DNA of 64,000 bases from an uncultured Bacillota bacterium (GTDB lineage Bacteria; Sysuimicrobiota; Sysuimicrobiia; Sysuimicrobiales; Segetimicrobiaceae), in assembly GCA_963804645.1 (NCBI GenBank), contig CAWDRG010000005.1, positions 128,001 to 192,000 on the forward strand, given 5' to 3'. This document shows positions 1 to 9,550 of this stretch, piece after piece. The position numbers and the translations under genes were made by a program. How positions within the stretch are numbered: the stretch's first letter is position 1; each line of letters begins with the position of its first letter. Below the pieces are notes generated by a model that saw nothing but the letters and a program-made list of their open reading frames with translations, was not told the origin of the DNA and made no database searches.

Positions 1-258
1 CACCACGTCGACCCCGTCGAACGCGCGGTACAGCCGCTCGCGGTCGCGGACGTCCCCGATGAAAAACCGCAGTGACGGATGATCGGCCTCGCTGAACCGC
101 TGGCGCATCTCGTGCTGCTTCAGCTCGTCGCGGCTCAGCACGATCAGCCGGCGCGGTGAAAAGCGCTCGAGCACCGTCGCCACAAACTGCTTGCCGAACG
201 AGCCGGTGCCGCCGGTCACCAACACGACTTTCCCGTCAAGCATCACGCCGACACCCAT
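1..258 (-). CDS. pseB: UDP-N-acetylglucosamine 4,6-dehydratase (PseB/FlaA1-like), 5' part only, runs off window start
   Basis: Manual translation of minus strand: (MGVGV)MLDGKVVLVTGGTGSFGKQFVATVLERFSPRRLIVLSRDELKQHEMRQ...FFIGDVRDRERLYRAFDGVDVV. TGGTGSFG, SRDELKQ and FIGDVRD are typical of this family. Alternative start at 243. Confidence 0.8.
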   Translation of the reverse strand, partial: MGVGVMLDGKVVLVTGGTGSFGKQFVATVLERFSPRRLIVLSRDELKQHEMRQRFSEADHPSLRFFIGDVRDRERLYRAFDGVDVV

Positions 259-279
259 GCGGGCGCGACCCGCTCGCGC

Positions 280-1506
280 CTACGGACATCCGGGCGGCTC
301 CTCGCGCGCCACGGCGTACTCGGGCGCGACATAGCCCACCTTCTGGCGCCGACCGTCCCACCGGACATCCGGAATCAAGACCTCGCGCTTCATCTCGATC
401 CGGTCCCGATATCGCAAGAGATCGCGCAGCATGATCCCAAGCTCTGTCTCGACGTCGTGCGTCGGCCGGTAGCCCAGATCAAGCAGATGCTGATGATCCG
501 GCCGGTAGAAGTGCTCCTCGAGCTCCTTGCGCGGATTCTCGAGGTTGCGGACCTCGACGGACAGCCCGAGCCCGCCCGCCACCGTCTTGACCTTCGCGGC
601 GAGTTCCGTGACGTCGTACACTTCCTCAAACTGGTTGAACACCCGGTACTCGCCCGGCTGCGGCGGATGCTCCAGCGCGAGCGTCAAGCACTGCATCGAA
701 TCCCGCAGGGGGAGGAACCCGCGCTTCTGGTGCCCCTTCCCGAACGGCGTCAGCGGGTGTCCGATCACGGCCTGGCAGGCGAACCGGTTGACGGCCGTGC
801 CGAAGGCCTGATCGAAATCGAGCCGGGTCAGCAGCGGACCGCCGTCGCCCATCGCATCGATGCGCGACCCGAACACAACGCCCTGCATGACATCGGTGGC
901 GCAGATCCCCCAAATCCGGCACGCGAACATCACGTTGTTGGACCCCGCGACCTTGCTCCAATGGTACCAGGAGCCGGCCTGGCGGGGAAACGGCAGCCGG
1001 TCGCGGCGGCCCCGGAACTCGATCTCGAAAAACCCTTCGGGGATCTCGACGTTCGGCGTGCCGTACTCGCCCATGGTCCCGAGCTTGACGAGATGGGCGT
1101 CGGGGCAGACGTCGCGCATCGCAAACAGCAGATGAAAGGTCGTCGTGATGTTATTCGTCTGCACGAACACCGCGTGGGCGGCATCGATCATCGAGTACGG
1201 CGCCGACGGACACTCCCCGAGCTGCACGACCGCCTCTGGCCGGAACTCGCGGAAGAGCCGTTCCACGAACCCGTACTCCCGGAGGTCTCCCTCCCAGAAC
1301 CGAACCTCCCGTCCGAACCGCTCCCGGAAGGCGGCGAGCCGCTCGGTCATCGGCGGGGTGGGAATCGCGCTGTGGCTTCCCATCTCTTCCACCCATTGGC
1401 GCCGGAAAAACACGTCGGCGCCGGCGACCTCGTGGCCCCGCGCGGTCAAGTGCTGCGCGAGCGGCCACCCCAGATAGCCGTCCATGCCGGCGATCAGAAT
1501 CCGCAT
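280..1506 (-). CDS. sqdB: UDP-sulfoquinovose synthase (SqdB/SQD1/Agl3 family)
   Basis: GMDGYLGWP Rossmann start, SAPYSMID, KLGTMGEYGTPN, YHWSK, QGVVFG, FGTAVNRF and NPRKELEEHFY motifs match the SQD1 family. Confidence 0.88.
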   Translation of the reverse strand: MRILIAGMDGYLGWPLAQHLTARGHEVAGADVFFRRQWVEEMGSHSAIPTPPMTERLAAFRERFGREVRFWEGDLREYGFVERLFREFRPEAVVQLGECPSAPYSMIDAAHAVFVQTNNITTTFHLLFAMRDVCPDAHLVKLGTMGEYGTPNVEIPEGFFEIEFRGRRDRLPFPRQAGSWYHWSKVAGSNNVMFACRIWGICATDVMQGVVFGSRIDAMGDGGPLLTRLDFDQAFGTAVNRFACQAVIGHPLTPFGKGHQKRGFLPLRDSMQCLTLALEHPPQPGEYRVFNQFEEVYDVTELAAKVKTVAGGLGLSVEVRNLENPRKELEEHFYRPDHQHLLDLGYRPTHDVETELGIMLRDLLRYRDRIEMKREVLIPDVRWDGRRQKVGYVAPEYAVAREEPPGCP

Positions 1507-1636
1507 CCGCGATCCCGTCTCAACACACTCATTCCTCCCCAGAACGGCCCCGCAGCCCGGTCACGTGCGCTCTCCTAGCGCGGCTCCGTACCGCATGGAT
1601 CCAGCCCGCGCCATCATATCAACCCGGCATCGTCTT

Positions 1637-1642
1637 ATTATA
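1637..1642 (-). promoter_or_regulatory. Putative -10 box (TATAAT) upstream of sqdB-pseB
   Basis: Perfect TATAAT on the minus strand in a GC-rich intergenic region about 130 nt upstream of sqdB. Confidence 0.55.
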
Positions 1643-1848
1643 GCGCTCGCGATCTCTCGTCGCAGGAACTGCACGTCCCCATCGCCTGCTCCAGATTCCG
1701 CCGGATTGCGCATTGGACCTCTGCCGATCGGGCGTCGCATTCGGATGATCGGCGCTTCGCCAGGGCCGGCACCGCGGCCGAGGCCGTAGGGCCGGCACGC
1801 TGCCCGTCGCTGCACTTGCCCGCTTCCCAGCGTCAGGGTGCGGTATTG

Positions 1849-1857
1849 TGTTATAGT
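1849..1857 (+). promoter_or_regulatory. Extended -10 (TGtTATAGT) of the TA operon, 6 nt before the ATG
   Basis: TG-t-TATAGT-gcacac-ATG with no Shine-Dalgarno; consistent with a leaderless transcript. Confidence 0.6.
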
Positions 1858-1863
1858 GCACAC

Positions 1864-2151
1864 ATGCGCACACAGAAAGCGGCCTCCGCCACCAAAACCA
1901 TGACCCTCCGTCTGGACGCGGACACGCTTCAACGTCTTGACGAACTCGCGCAGGCCACCGACCGGTCGAAATCCTGGCTCGCCTCCCAGGCCGTGCGCAC
2001 CTATCTCGACCTCAACGAGTGGCAGATCCGTGCGATCCGAAAGGCCGTGGAACGAGCCGATCGTCGCGGTGCAAAGTTCCTCGCGCATGAGGACGTAGAC
2101 GCCTGGCTCGCCAGTTGGGGAACGTCACAGGAGCGCAAGCCTCCTCGGTGA
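1864..2151 (+). CDS. CopG/ribbon-helix-helix antitoxin
   Basis: TMTLRLDADTLQRLDELAQATDRSKSWLASQAVRTYLDLNEWQI is a typical RHH antitoxin; GTGA overlap with the downstream toxin. Confidence 0.85.
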   Translation: MRTQKAASATKTMTLRLDADTLQRLDELAQATDRSKSWLASQAVRTYLDLNEWQIRAIRKAVERADRRGAKFLAHEDVDAWLASWGTSQERKPPR

Positions 2152-2429
2152 GGGTTCGCTGGCTCGATCAAGCAGTCCAGGATCTTAAGTCTCTCAGGAC
2201 GCATATCGCCCGCGATCATCCCGCCGCTGCCGCGGAGATCGCCCGCAGGATCCGAGAGACGGTCCGGATCCTCTCCGACTTTCCCGCGGCGGGGCGAGTT
2301 GGGCGCGTCCCCGACACCCGCGAAGTCGTGGTCAGCGGCACCCCGTACATCCTCCCCTATCGCATCAACGGGCACATGGTTGAAATTCTGCGTGTGCTGC
2401 ACGCGGCCCAGAAATGGCCGGATCGCTGA
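2148..2429 (+). CDS. Type II toxin, RelE/ParE family
   Basis: VRWLDQAVQDL...HIARDHPAAA...FPAAGRVGRVPDTREVVVSGTPYILPYRI...VEILRVLHAAQKWP. Confidence 0.88.
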   Translation: MRVRWLDQAVQDLKSLRTHIARDHPAAAAEIARRIRETVRILSDFPAAGRVGRVPDTREVVVSGTPYILPYRINGHMVEILRVLHAAQKWPDR

Positions 2430-2513
2430 GCCTACCGGACTCGAGCGAACTGTCCTCGAGACTGCGCTCCGTCGCCCTGACTTAGCGCGTCGAGCTTCCG
2501 CCCTGCGTCACGA

Positions 2514-3899
2514 TCACGCCGGTGTCGCGATCCGCCGCGCGACGCGGGCGCGCCCCCAAGCGCGAATCAGCACGTCCACAGCCCAGTAAATCAGGAGCGC
2601 GTGGGCAACGCCCCCCATCACCAGGCTCAAGTTCGAGTCTCCATCGGCGACCGTGCCGATGACGGCCATCCCGATCATCACGGTGCCGGGCGCGGTCCCA
2701 TCGCCGATCCAGGACGTCCAGATGATGCGCAGCACGAGACCCACGAAGAACGCCGACGCGAGCGCGCCGCCCCACCCTCCGCTGATCCACCCCTCAACGA
2801 CCATGGGCAGGTTGTCGCTGTGGGACGTGTCCGACGGATCGAGGAACGCATACCGGTGGCCGTAAAACTGCCCGGCCTCTTCGGCCGGCTTGTTCGGCCA
2901 GAGGACGCGCGGCACCGCAGCCCCGATGAGCGGCGCGTATGTCGTCCCGTGCGTGTACGGGATCGTTCGAGGCGTGAGTTCCACGACATACGCGAGGTCC
3001 GACAGCCGGTTGATTCGGTGAATCGCCCGCGCGAGTCCAAACTGCAGGAGGAGCAGCGGCCGGCTCTGGGCCCGGTGGAACCAGAACCCCTGCACCCACG
3101 GGTTGAAGACGTCGAGCCGGTCGCTCTCGAACGAGCCCGGCTGCTGGGACCCCTCGGGCGCGCGGCCGCGCGCCTGGGCACTGCGCGCCGGCCCGAGCGT
3201 CCGCTGAATACCGGTCCCCGTATCCAGCGTCGCCCGCAGGTACTCGCGCAGGGGCAGCGCCGCTCCGATGATCACGAGAAACAACACGACCAGCACCGCG
3301 AGCCGCCGCCCCGGAATTCCCACGACGGTCAGGCCGTAGAGGATCGCGATCAACCCAAGCGCCACGGGGGTGGCGCGGCCGAGCAGGAGCGGAACCGCGA
3401 GCGCGACGACGAGGTCGAGCGCGATGAGACCCCACACCGCCACACTCGCCGGTCGCGAGACGGGGCCGGCGAGACCGCGCAGGATCTGGACCCCCAGGAG
3501 GCAGCCGATGACCGGCGCGAACGCGAGCTGGTTGATGATCTCCTCAACGGTCGCGGGCGCCTCGAACCCCGCGTGGAACAGCGAGATCGCGCTCCCGAGC
3601 AGCGAGAACGCGATGAACGCCCACCACAGCACCGGCGCCGGCCAGTCTCTCGGGGCGGCGCGCTTGGCGGCCGGCCAGAGGACGAGCCCCCCGGCGACCA
3701 AGAACCAGACGAGTGCCACCGCGACCGCGAGGGCGACGAAGCGCCCGGCGACCACGGTTTCACGATTGTAGTTCAGGTAGACGACGAGCGGGATGCGGGA
3801 AAACGGCAGCGGCAGCAGGTACAACAGCAGGCTCGGTCCGAACGCGTACGCGGCGAAGATCACCTGCCGCGGGGTGGCGCGCCGAAATGGTGCCAGCAT
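2514..3899 (-). CDS. Polytopic membrane protein, putative Wzy-like polysaccharide polymerase (paralogue 1)
   Basis: About 10 hydrophobic segments with a large loop containing VPRVLWPNKP; last gene of a flippase/GT operon; clear paralogue of 18770-20176. Confidence 0.6.
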   Translation of the reverse strand: MLAPFRRATPRQVIFAAYAFGPSLLLYLLPLPFSRIPLVVYLNYNRETVVAGRFVALAVAVALVWFLVAGGLVLWPAAKRAAPRDWPAPVLWWAFIAFSLLGSAISLFHAGFEAPATVEEIINQLAFAPVIGCLLGVQILRGLAGPVSRPASVAVWGLIALDLVVALAVPLLLGRATPVALGLIAILYGLTVVGIPGRRLAVLVVLFLVIIGAALPLREYLRATLDTGTGIQRTLGPARSAQARGRAPEGSQQPGSFESDRLDVFNPWVQGFWFHRAQSRPLLLLQFGLARAIHRINRLSDLAYVVELTPRTIPYTHGTTYAPLIGAAVPRVLWPNKPAEEAGQFYGHRYAFLDPSDTSHSDNLPMVVEGWISGGWGGALASAFFVGLVLRIIWTSWIGDGTAPGTVMIGMAVIGTVADGDSNLSLVMGGVAHALLIYWAVDVLIRAWGRARVARRIATPA

Positions 3900-3975
3900 G
3901 CTCAGCGGCGGCCGGCCCGGGCGGCCGGCACAGGCGCCGGCGCGCCCACGCGATCGTGCCGGTGCACCGCGCGCC

Positions 3976-4686
3976 TCACGCCTCTCGAAAGAAGGTCAGC
4001 AGGCGGTTCTGGAGCTCGGACGCGACCTCGGTCACGTCCTTGATCGTGTCCACCCCGCGCCAGTAGGCGTGAGATTTGAACGCCCCCAGCCGTCCGGACT
4101 GCGCCAGTTCGGGAAAGGTCGTCGTTTCATGGTCGCCGCGCTCCGGCAGCCGGTCGCGCAGCCCCGAGGCGAGCACGTAGACTCCCGCGTTGATCCAGTA
4201 CGGAAGCGACGGCTTCTCGAGGAACTGCGTCACGCGGTCGTCCTCGTCCACTTCCACGATGCCGTACGGGCTCACGAACGGCGTCAGCACGATCGTCGCC
4301 AGCATGCCCTTGGAGTGGTGCGACTCGAGCACCGGCGCAAGGCGCAGGTTCGTGATGATGTCGCCGTTGGTGGCGATGATCGCCCCCGCGCTCTCGGGCA
4401 CCCGCGAGAGCGCGAGCCGCAGCGCCCCGCCGCGCCCGAGCGGCTGGTCCTCGACCGAGTAGACGATCCGGAGTCCCAGCCGTTCGCCCGTCCCGAAGTA
4501 CGATTCGATGACGTCGTGGCGGTAGCCGCAGGAGATCACCACATCCCGCACGCCCTGCCCCTGCAGCCACTGGAGCTGGTAGCTCAAGATCGGAATGCCC
4601 ATGATCTCGACCATCGGCTTCGGCCGGTCCTCGGTGAACGGCCGCAGCCGCTCACCCTTGCCCCCCGCCAGCACAATCGCGTGCAT
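3976..4686 (-). CDS. Sugar-phosphate nucleotidyltransferase (GDP-mannose pyrophosphorylase/HddC-like)
   Basis: MHAIVLAGGKGERLRPFTEDRPKPMVEI, NGD, FLEKP, WINAGVY. Confidence 0.85.
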   Translation of the reverse strand: MHAIVLAGGKGERLRPFTEDRPKPMVEIMGIPILSYQLQWLQGQGVRDVVISCGYRHDVIESYFGTGERLGLRIVYSVEDQPLGRGGALRLALSRVPESAGAIIATNGDIITNLRLAPVLESHHSKGMLATIVLTPFVSPYGIVEVDEDDRVTQFLEKPSLPYWINAGVYVLASGLRDRLPERGDHETTTFPELAQSGRLGAFKSHAYWRGVDTIKDVTEVASELQNRLLTFFREA

Positions 4687-4700
4687 GCCTCGCCCGCCCC

Positions 4701-5696
4701 TCAGAATCGCGCGTCGCGCGAGATGCGGTCCCAGTTGGCCGTGAACCACTCATAGGCCCGCTGCACACCGTCTTCGAACTCGGTCGTCGGCCGGTATCCG
4801 AGCAGCTGCCCGGCCTTCTCCACCGACGCCCGGCGCCGCGTGATGTGGTCCCACGACCGCCGCTCGACGTAGCGGACGCCCGCGGTGTTGTCGGTGATGC
4901 CGTTGATCATCGCCGCGAGCGTGCCGACCGACACCTCGCGGCCCGAGGCGAGGTTCATCGCCTCGCCGACCGCCGCCTCGGCCACGCCGGCGGCGAGCAG
5001 CCCGCGCACGACGTCGCCGACGTACGTGAAGTCGCGGGTCTCCTCCCCGGTGCCGGTGATCGGCAGCGGCTCTTTCCGCATCGCCCAGTACAGGAAGTTC
5101 GGGATCACATTGCGGTACCGCCCCGGGATCTCGCCGGGGCCGTACACATTGAAAAACCGCGTCCGCACGACCGGCACCTGATAGTAGTTGTGAAAGAAGT
5201 TGCAGTAGAGCTCGCCGAGCAGCTTCGTGATCTGGTACGGCGTGTCGAGCTCGAGCGAGACGAAGTCTTCCGTAAGCGGCAGCGGCGCCTTGCTGCCGTA
5301 CACGGAGCATCCGGAGGAGGCGTAGACGAAGCGCCGCACGCCGGCGCCGCGGACGGCCTCGAGCATCTTGAGGGTCCCGAGCCCGTTGACCATCAGGTCA
5401 TCTTCCGGGTGGTCCACGGAGTTCTGGTTCGCGAACAGCGCGGCAAGATGAAAGACGTACTCGGGCCCGCCGGCAAACGCTCGGCGCACCGCGTCGGCGT
5501 CGAGCACGCTGCCCTCGATGAACTGCACGCCCGGCAGATCGGGGATGTTCCACCGGCTCGCCGACGACAGGTCGTCCAGCACGGTGATGTGCGAGGCGCC
5601 GGCGGCGGCCAGCCCGGCGGTCAGGTTGCTGCCGATGCACCCGGCTCCCCCGGTGATGAGGATCCGGCTCCCTGTGTATGCGCGCTCCGTACTCAT
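4701..5696 (-). CDS. NAD-dependent nucleotide-sugar epimerase/dehydratase
   Basis: TGGAGCIGS, HLAA, YQITK (YxxxK), RFFNVYGP, ETRDFTYV. Confidence 0.9.
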   Translation of the reverse strand: MSTERAYTGSRILITGGAGCIGSNLTAGLAAAGASHITVLDDLSSASRWNIPDLPGVQFIEGSVLDADAVRRAFAGGPEYVFHLAALFANQNSVDHPEDDLMVNGLGTLKMLEAVRGAGVRRFVYASSGCSVYGSKAPLPLTEDFVSLELDTPYQITKLLGELYCNFFHNYYQVPVVRTRFFNVYGPGEIPGRYRNVIPNFLYWAMRKEPLPITGTGEETRDFTYVGDVVRGLLAAGVAEAAVGEAMNLASGREVSVGTLAAMINGITDNTAGVRYVERRSWDHITRRRASVEKAGQLLGYRPTTEFEDGVQRAYEWFTANWDRISRDARF

Positions 5697-7876
5697 GCCC
5701 TATCCCTCCCATTGTCGATGTTCCCGGTCCCGTGCACCAGCGTCTCGACCGCGAGCGGCATCCCGGTCCTCGCCGAGTCAACGGCGGCGAGGCAGCAGGC
5801 GGTGTTCGCAGCATACGCCGACATCTCGACGGGCGACGGCGCGTCCCCGCGTACGGCCCGGATCCACGCCGCCAGTTCCTCGGCGTACCCGCGCTCGGCC
5901 TCCGCCAGGCGCACACGCCGCAGCCGCCCGCCGCGTGCCAGCGTCCCGCGCTTAAAGTCCTCGAGCGAACACGTCATCCCTCGGCCGAACAGGTTCACGC
6001 GCTCCCGCCATGCTCCCTGGTCCGCCCCGTCGGCGTATAGGATTGTCCCGACGGACCCGTCTTGGAATCCGATCGACACCACGAACGAGGTACCGGGCTC
6101 CCCGGCTGGCGCGGTCGCGCGCGCGAACACCTGCGCCGGGTCGGCCCCGATCAGGTATTGGAGCAGGTCGACGAAATGTCCGCCTTCCCCCATCCACCGT
6201 CCCCCGCCCTCGACCGGATCGTACTGCCAATGGTCCGCCGGCACGGCCCCCGCGTTCACCTCGTAGGACGCCACCAGCGGGTGCTCGCCCGCCACGAACG
6301 CCTTCACCTGCCCGACGATCGGCGAGTACCGCCGATTGAACCCCACCATCAGGACGTGCGGCGATGCCTCGTACGCGGCGAGGACCGTCCGAAGATCCTC
6401 CCGCGTCAGCGCGAGCGGCTTCTCCACGAACACGTGCTTGCCGGCGCGCAGGGCGGCGGCGGCGAGCGCCGCGTGCGTGTCGTTGCGCGTCGCGATCACC
6501 ACGGCGCTCACGTCCGCGTCCCCAAGCACCGCATCGCTGTCCGTCGTGCAGACCTCGAACCCCAGACGATCGGCCGTGTGGCGCGCGGACAGCCCGGACG
6601 CGGCGGCCACGGCGCGGAAGCGGACGCCGGGGATCTTCCGCAGGGCCGGCAGGAGCACGGTCTGCGCGAACAGACCGCTCCCGATCACGCCGACCCCGAC
6701 GGTCGCACCTCGAACCGGCGCGGGACGGGGCAGCACGAGCGTCCGCACCTCGGGCGCTGCCTCCGGGTAAGTCAGGACGACCCCAAGGTACGGGGCGGCG
6801 CCGCGGATGATCGCGTACGCGTCCCCCGCCCGGTCGATCGGAAACCGGTGGGTCACCAGCGGCTCGGTGCGCACCGTCCCCCGCGCGACCTCGGCGAGAA
6901 ATGCCGCGAGATTGCGTCCGGCGGTCCACCGGACGTATCCCGGCGGGTACGCAACCCCTCTCCGCTCGTACTGCTCTTCTTCGGCCCCGGGTCCGGACGC
7001 CCGGGAGAGCACAAACGCCAGCTCCTTCTTCCAGAACGTCCGGCGCGGGATCTCCATGCCCGTCACGCCGACCATGACGATCGTGCCGCGCACCCGCGCC
7101 AACTCGCCCGCGAACTCCACCGGACCGCTACTGTTCGTCGAGGCGGTGATGATCACCGCATCGGCGCCGATCCCGCCCGAGGCCTCGAGCGTCGACGTGC
7201 GCACGGCGTCCGGGTCCGCCCCGACCGAGTCCGCGCCCAGGCGCTCGGCCAGGGCCACCCGATCGGGCGCCGGATCGTATGCCACGACCCGGCAGCCGGC
7301 GCTCCGGAGGAGCTGCACGGTCAGCTGCCCCACCAGGCCCAATCCAAGCACGACGCAGACATCGCCGAGGCTCACCCGCGCGCGTCGCACCCCATGCAGC
7401 GCGATCGCGCCAAGCATCCCGAACGCACCCGCCTCCATCGAGACCCCGGGCGGCAGCACGGCGCAGAGCTGGTGCGGCACCACGACGATCTCCGCGTGGT
7501 TGGCCCATCCCGCACCGGCGCACGCGACGCGGTCACCGGGCCGGAATCCTTCGACATCCGCGCCGAGACCGAGCACGGTTCCCGCGCTGCTGTATCCGAG
7601 CGGGAGCGGCATCTCGAGGCGGCGGAACGCCTCGCGCACCGTCGTGCGGAGACCCACCTGCCGCATCTTGACGAGCGCCTTGCGCACTTCCTCGGGCCGC
7701 GCCCGCGCCTTGCCGAGCAGGCTCTTGCCCGCGAGCGCGACGACGGAGCGCTCGGTCCCCGCGCTCACGACCGACACCGCGTTGTGGACGAGCACCGTCC
7801 CCGCCCGGATCTGCGGCACCGGCACGTCCAGCACTTCCAGGGCCCCGGTCCGGGGACTCAGCGTCACCTGCTTCAT
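5693..7876 (-). CDS. Bi-domain oxidoreductase (MDR/zinc-binding dehydrogenase fused to Gfo/Idh/MocA domain)
   Basis: N-terminal SAGTE...PLGYSSAG and GLGLVG; C-terminal GVIGSG, HVFVEKPLA, MVGFNRRY, GEGGHFVD. Common in polysaccharide clusters. Confidence 0.88.
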   Translation of the reverse strand: MKQVTLSPRTGALEVLDVPVPQIRAGTVLVHNAVSVVSAGTERSVVALAGKSLLGKARARPEEVRKALVKMRQVGLRTTVREAFRRLEMPLPLGYSSAGTVLGLGADVEGFRPGDRVACAGAGWANHAEIVVVPHQLCAVLPPGVSMEAGAFGMLGAIALHGVRRARVSLGDVCVVLGLGLVGQLTVQLLRSAGCRVVAYDPAPDRVALAERLGADSVGADPDAVRTSTLEASGGIGADAVIITASTNSSGPVEFAGELARVRGTIVMVGVTGMEIPRRTFWKKELAFVLSRASGPGAEEEQYERRGVAYPPGYVRWTAGRNLAAFLAEVARGTVRTEPLVTHRFPIDRAGDAYAIIRGAAPYLGVVLTYPEAAPEVRTLVLPRPAPVRGATVGVGVIGSGLFAQTVLLPALRKIPGVRFRAVAAASGLSARHTADRLGFEVCTTDSDAVLGDADVSAVVIATRNDTHAALAAAALRAGKHVFVEKPLALTREDLRTVLAAYEASPHVLMVGFNRRYSPIVGQVKAFVAGEHPLVASYEVNAGAVPADHWQYDPVEGGGRWMGEGGHFVDLLQYLIGADPAQVFARATAPAGEPGTSFVVSIGFQDGSVGTILYADGADQGAWRERVNLFGRGMTCSLEDFKRGTLARGGRLRRVRLAEAERGYAEELAAWIRAVRGDAPSPVEMSAYAANTACCLAAVDSARTGMPLAVETLVHGTGNIDNGRDRA

Positions 7877-8811
7877 CGGTCGACCGCCGGCGACGGCGCG
7901 GCCGGGTCGCCGCGCGCCGTGCCGCGGGCCCGCCGAGCCTCCAGGATGTTGGCGTCGATCAGCGCCCGATACCAGAGGACCTGGAGCACATAGTAGATGA
8001 ACCCCTCCCGACCGTCCAAGAATCCGCCCCGCAGCACGTACCGGTAGCCGAAGTACACGAGCGCGCGCGCCCCGAGCGGGATGCGGCGGTACACGCGATC
8101 ATACCACCAGCGGCTGCGCTCCGCCGGTTGATCGCTCCGCAGGCGCGCCGTCACCCCGCCGGCCGTCGGGGTCCGTTCGAAATCTGCGGCCGCCAGCTCC
8201 GCGTAGCGGACGTGACGTTCGACCCAACGCGACAGCGGCCGGCGGTCCTCATGCAGCAGATCGTGCCGGAGCCGCGCGGTCCCGCCGTCCACGAGCAGGT
8301 GCTCGTCCACCCCCCGCTCCTCGCAGCGCGCCACCGCGTGGCGAACGACGCGTAGCAGCCACACGGGATAGTATCCGCCATGGCGGAGCCACCGCCCCAA
8401 AAACACGAACCGGCGCTTGACATAGAACCCGCTGACGCCGGCCGGCGGCGACGTGAGCACCTCGCGGAGCTCGGCGCGCAGCTCGGGCATCACGGCCTCG
8501 TCGGCATCCAAGAACAGCACCCACTCCGTTCTGAACGGCAGCGACCGGAGCGCCCACGTGCGCTGTGCGGCGTACCCCGTAAACGCGTGGGACACGACCG
8601 CGGCCCCGGCCGCGGCGGCGATCTCCACCGTCCGGTCGGTGCTCCCGGCGTCGACCACCCAGACCTCGGACGCCCACCCGGCGACCGTGGCGAGGGCATG
8701 GGGAAGATTCATCTCTTCGTCACGCGTGAGAATGACAACAGCGAGCGGGACGAGGTCGGCGGACGCGGCAGCCTCGAGGGACCCGGACGGGGTCGGCCGC
8801 AGTCCCGTCAC
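7873..8811 (-). CDS. Glycosyltransferase family 2
   Basis: VVILTRDEEMNL, VVDAGSTDRT, WVLFLDADE, GGFLDGREG. Start placed at the GTG overlapping the upstream TGA; ATG at 8829 is an alternative. Confidence 0.85.
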   Translation of the reverse strand: MTGLRPTPSGSLEAAASADLVPLAVVILTRDEEMNLPHALATVAGWASEVWVVDAGSTDRTVEIAAAAGAAVVSHAFTGYAAQRTWALRSLPFRTEWVLFLDADEAVMPELRAELREVLTSPPAGVSGFYVKRRFVFLGRWLRHGGYYPVWLLRVVRHAVARCEERGVDEHLLVDGGTARLRHDLLHEDRRPLSRWVERHVRYAELAAADFERTPTAGGVTARLRSDQPAERSRWWYDRVYRRIPLGARALVYFGYRYVLRGGFLDGREGFIYYVLQVLWYRALIDANILEARRARGTARGDPAAPSPAVDR

Positions 8812-9545
8812 CGGCCCGTGCGGTGCCATTCTGGACGGCCGCGGCGAGGCCAGCGCCCGGTGACGCTGATAAAGATGGAGAGCACGATCAGTCTGAGGTC
8901 GAGCCACAGGCTCATCCGGCTGATGTAGAGCGCGTCGTACTTGAATTTCCGCTGACGGCTGATGTCGCGCGGCGCGTATACCTGCGCCAGCCCGGTCAGC
9001 CCGGGCCGCGCCAGGATGCGGACGCGGTAGTTCGGCACGTCGGCGATGTCGTGGTACTGCCGCGACCTCGGATCGACCTCGATCTCGTTGGGCAGCAGCG
9101 CCCGCGGGCCGACGAAGCTCATCTCCCCGCGCACCACGTTCAGGAGTTGGGGGATCTCGTCGAGCGCCGTCGCGCGCAGGATGCGTCCGGCCGGCGTGAT
9201 CCGCTGGTCGTCCACCGTGGCCTGACGATGCGCGCCCGAGACGGTGTGCTCGTGCATCGTCCGGAACTTGAACACGCCGAATGGCTGGCCGTACCGCCCG
9301 ACGCGCACCTGGCGGATGAAGACCGCCCCGCGGTCGCCGAGCCAGATCACGCACGCGATCACGAGGGACACGGGCAGGAGCAGGAGGAGGCCGAGTATAG
9401 CCAGACACACGTCGAGCTGCCGCTTCAGCGGGTAGTCGACCCGACGGGCGCGCACGGTCACCGCGACGGCATTCGGCTCGCGCGGCGCGGCCGCGCGCAC
9501 CGACTCCTCAGCGGCGCTGCCCACGGAACCGGAACCCATAACCAT
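8808..9545 (-). CDS. Initiating sugar transferase (bacterial sugar transferase / phosphoglycosyl transferase)
   Basis: KRQLD, KFRTM, LDEIPQLLNVVRGEMSFVGPR, PGLTGLAQV, SLWLDLRLI. Confidence 0.92.
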   Translation of the reverse strand: MVMGSGSVGSAAEESVRAAAPREPNAVAVTVRARRVDYPLKRQLDVCLAILGLLLLLPVSLVIACVIWLGDRGAVFIRQVRVGRYGQPFGVFKFRTMHEHTVSGAHRQATVDDQRITPAGRILRATALDEIPQLLNVVRGEMSFVGPRALLPNEIEVDPRSRQYHDIADVPNYRVRILARPGLTGLAQVYAPRDISRQRKFKYDALYISRMSLWLDLRLIVLSIFISVTGRWPRRGRPEWHRTGR

Positions 9546-9550
9546 TGTTT

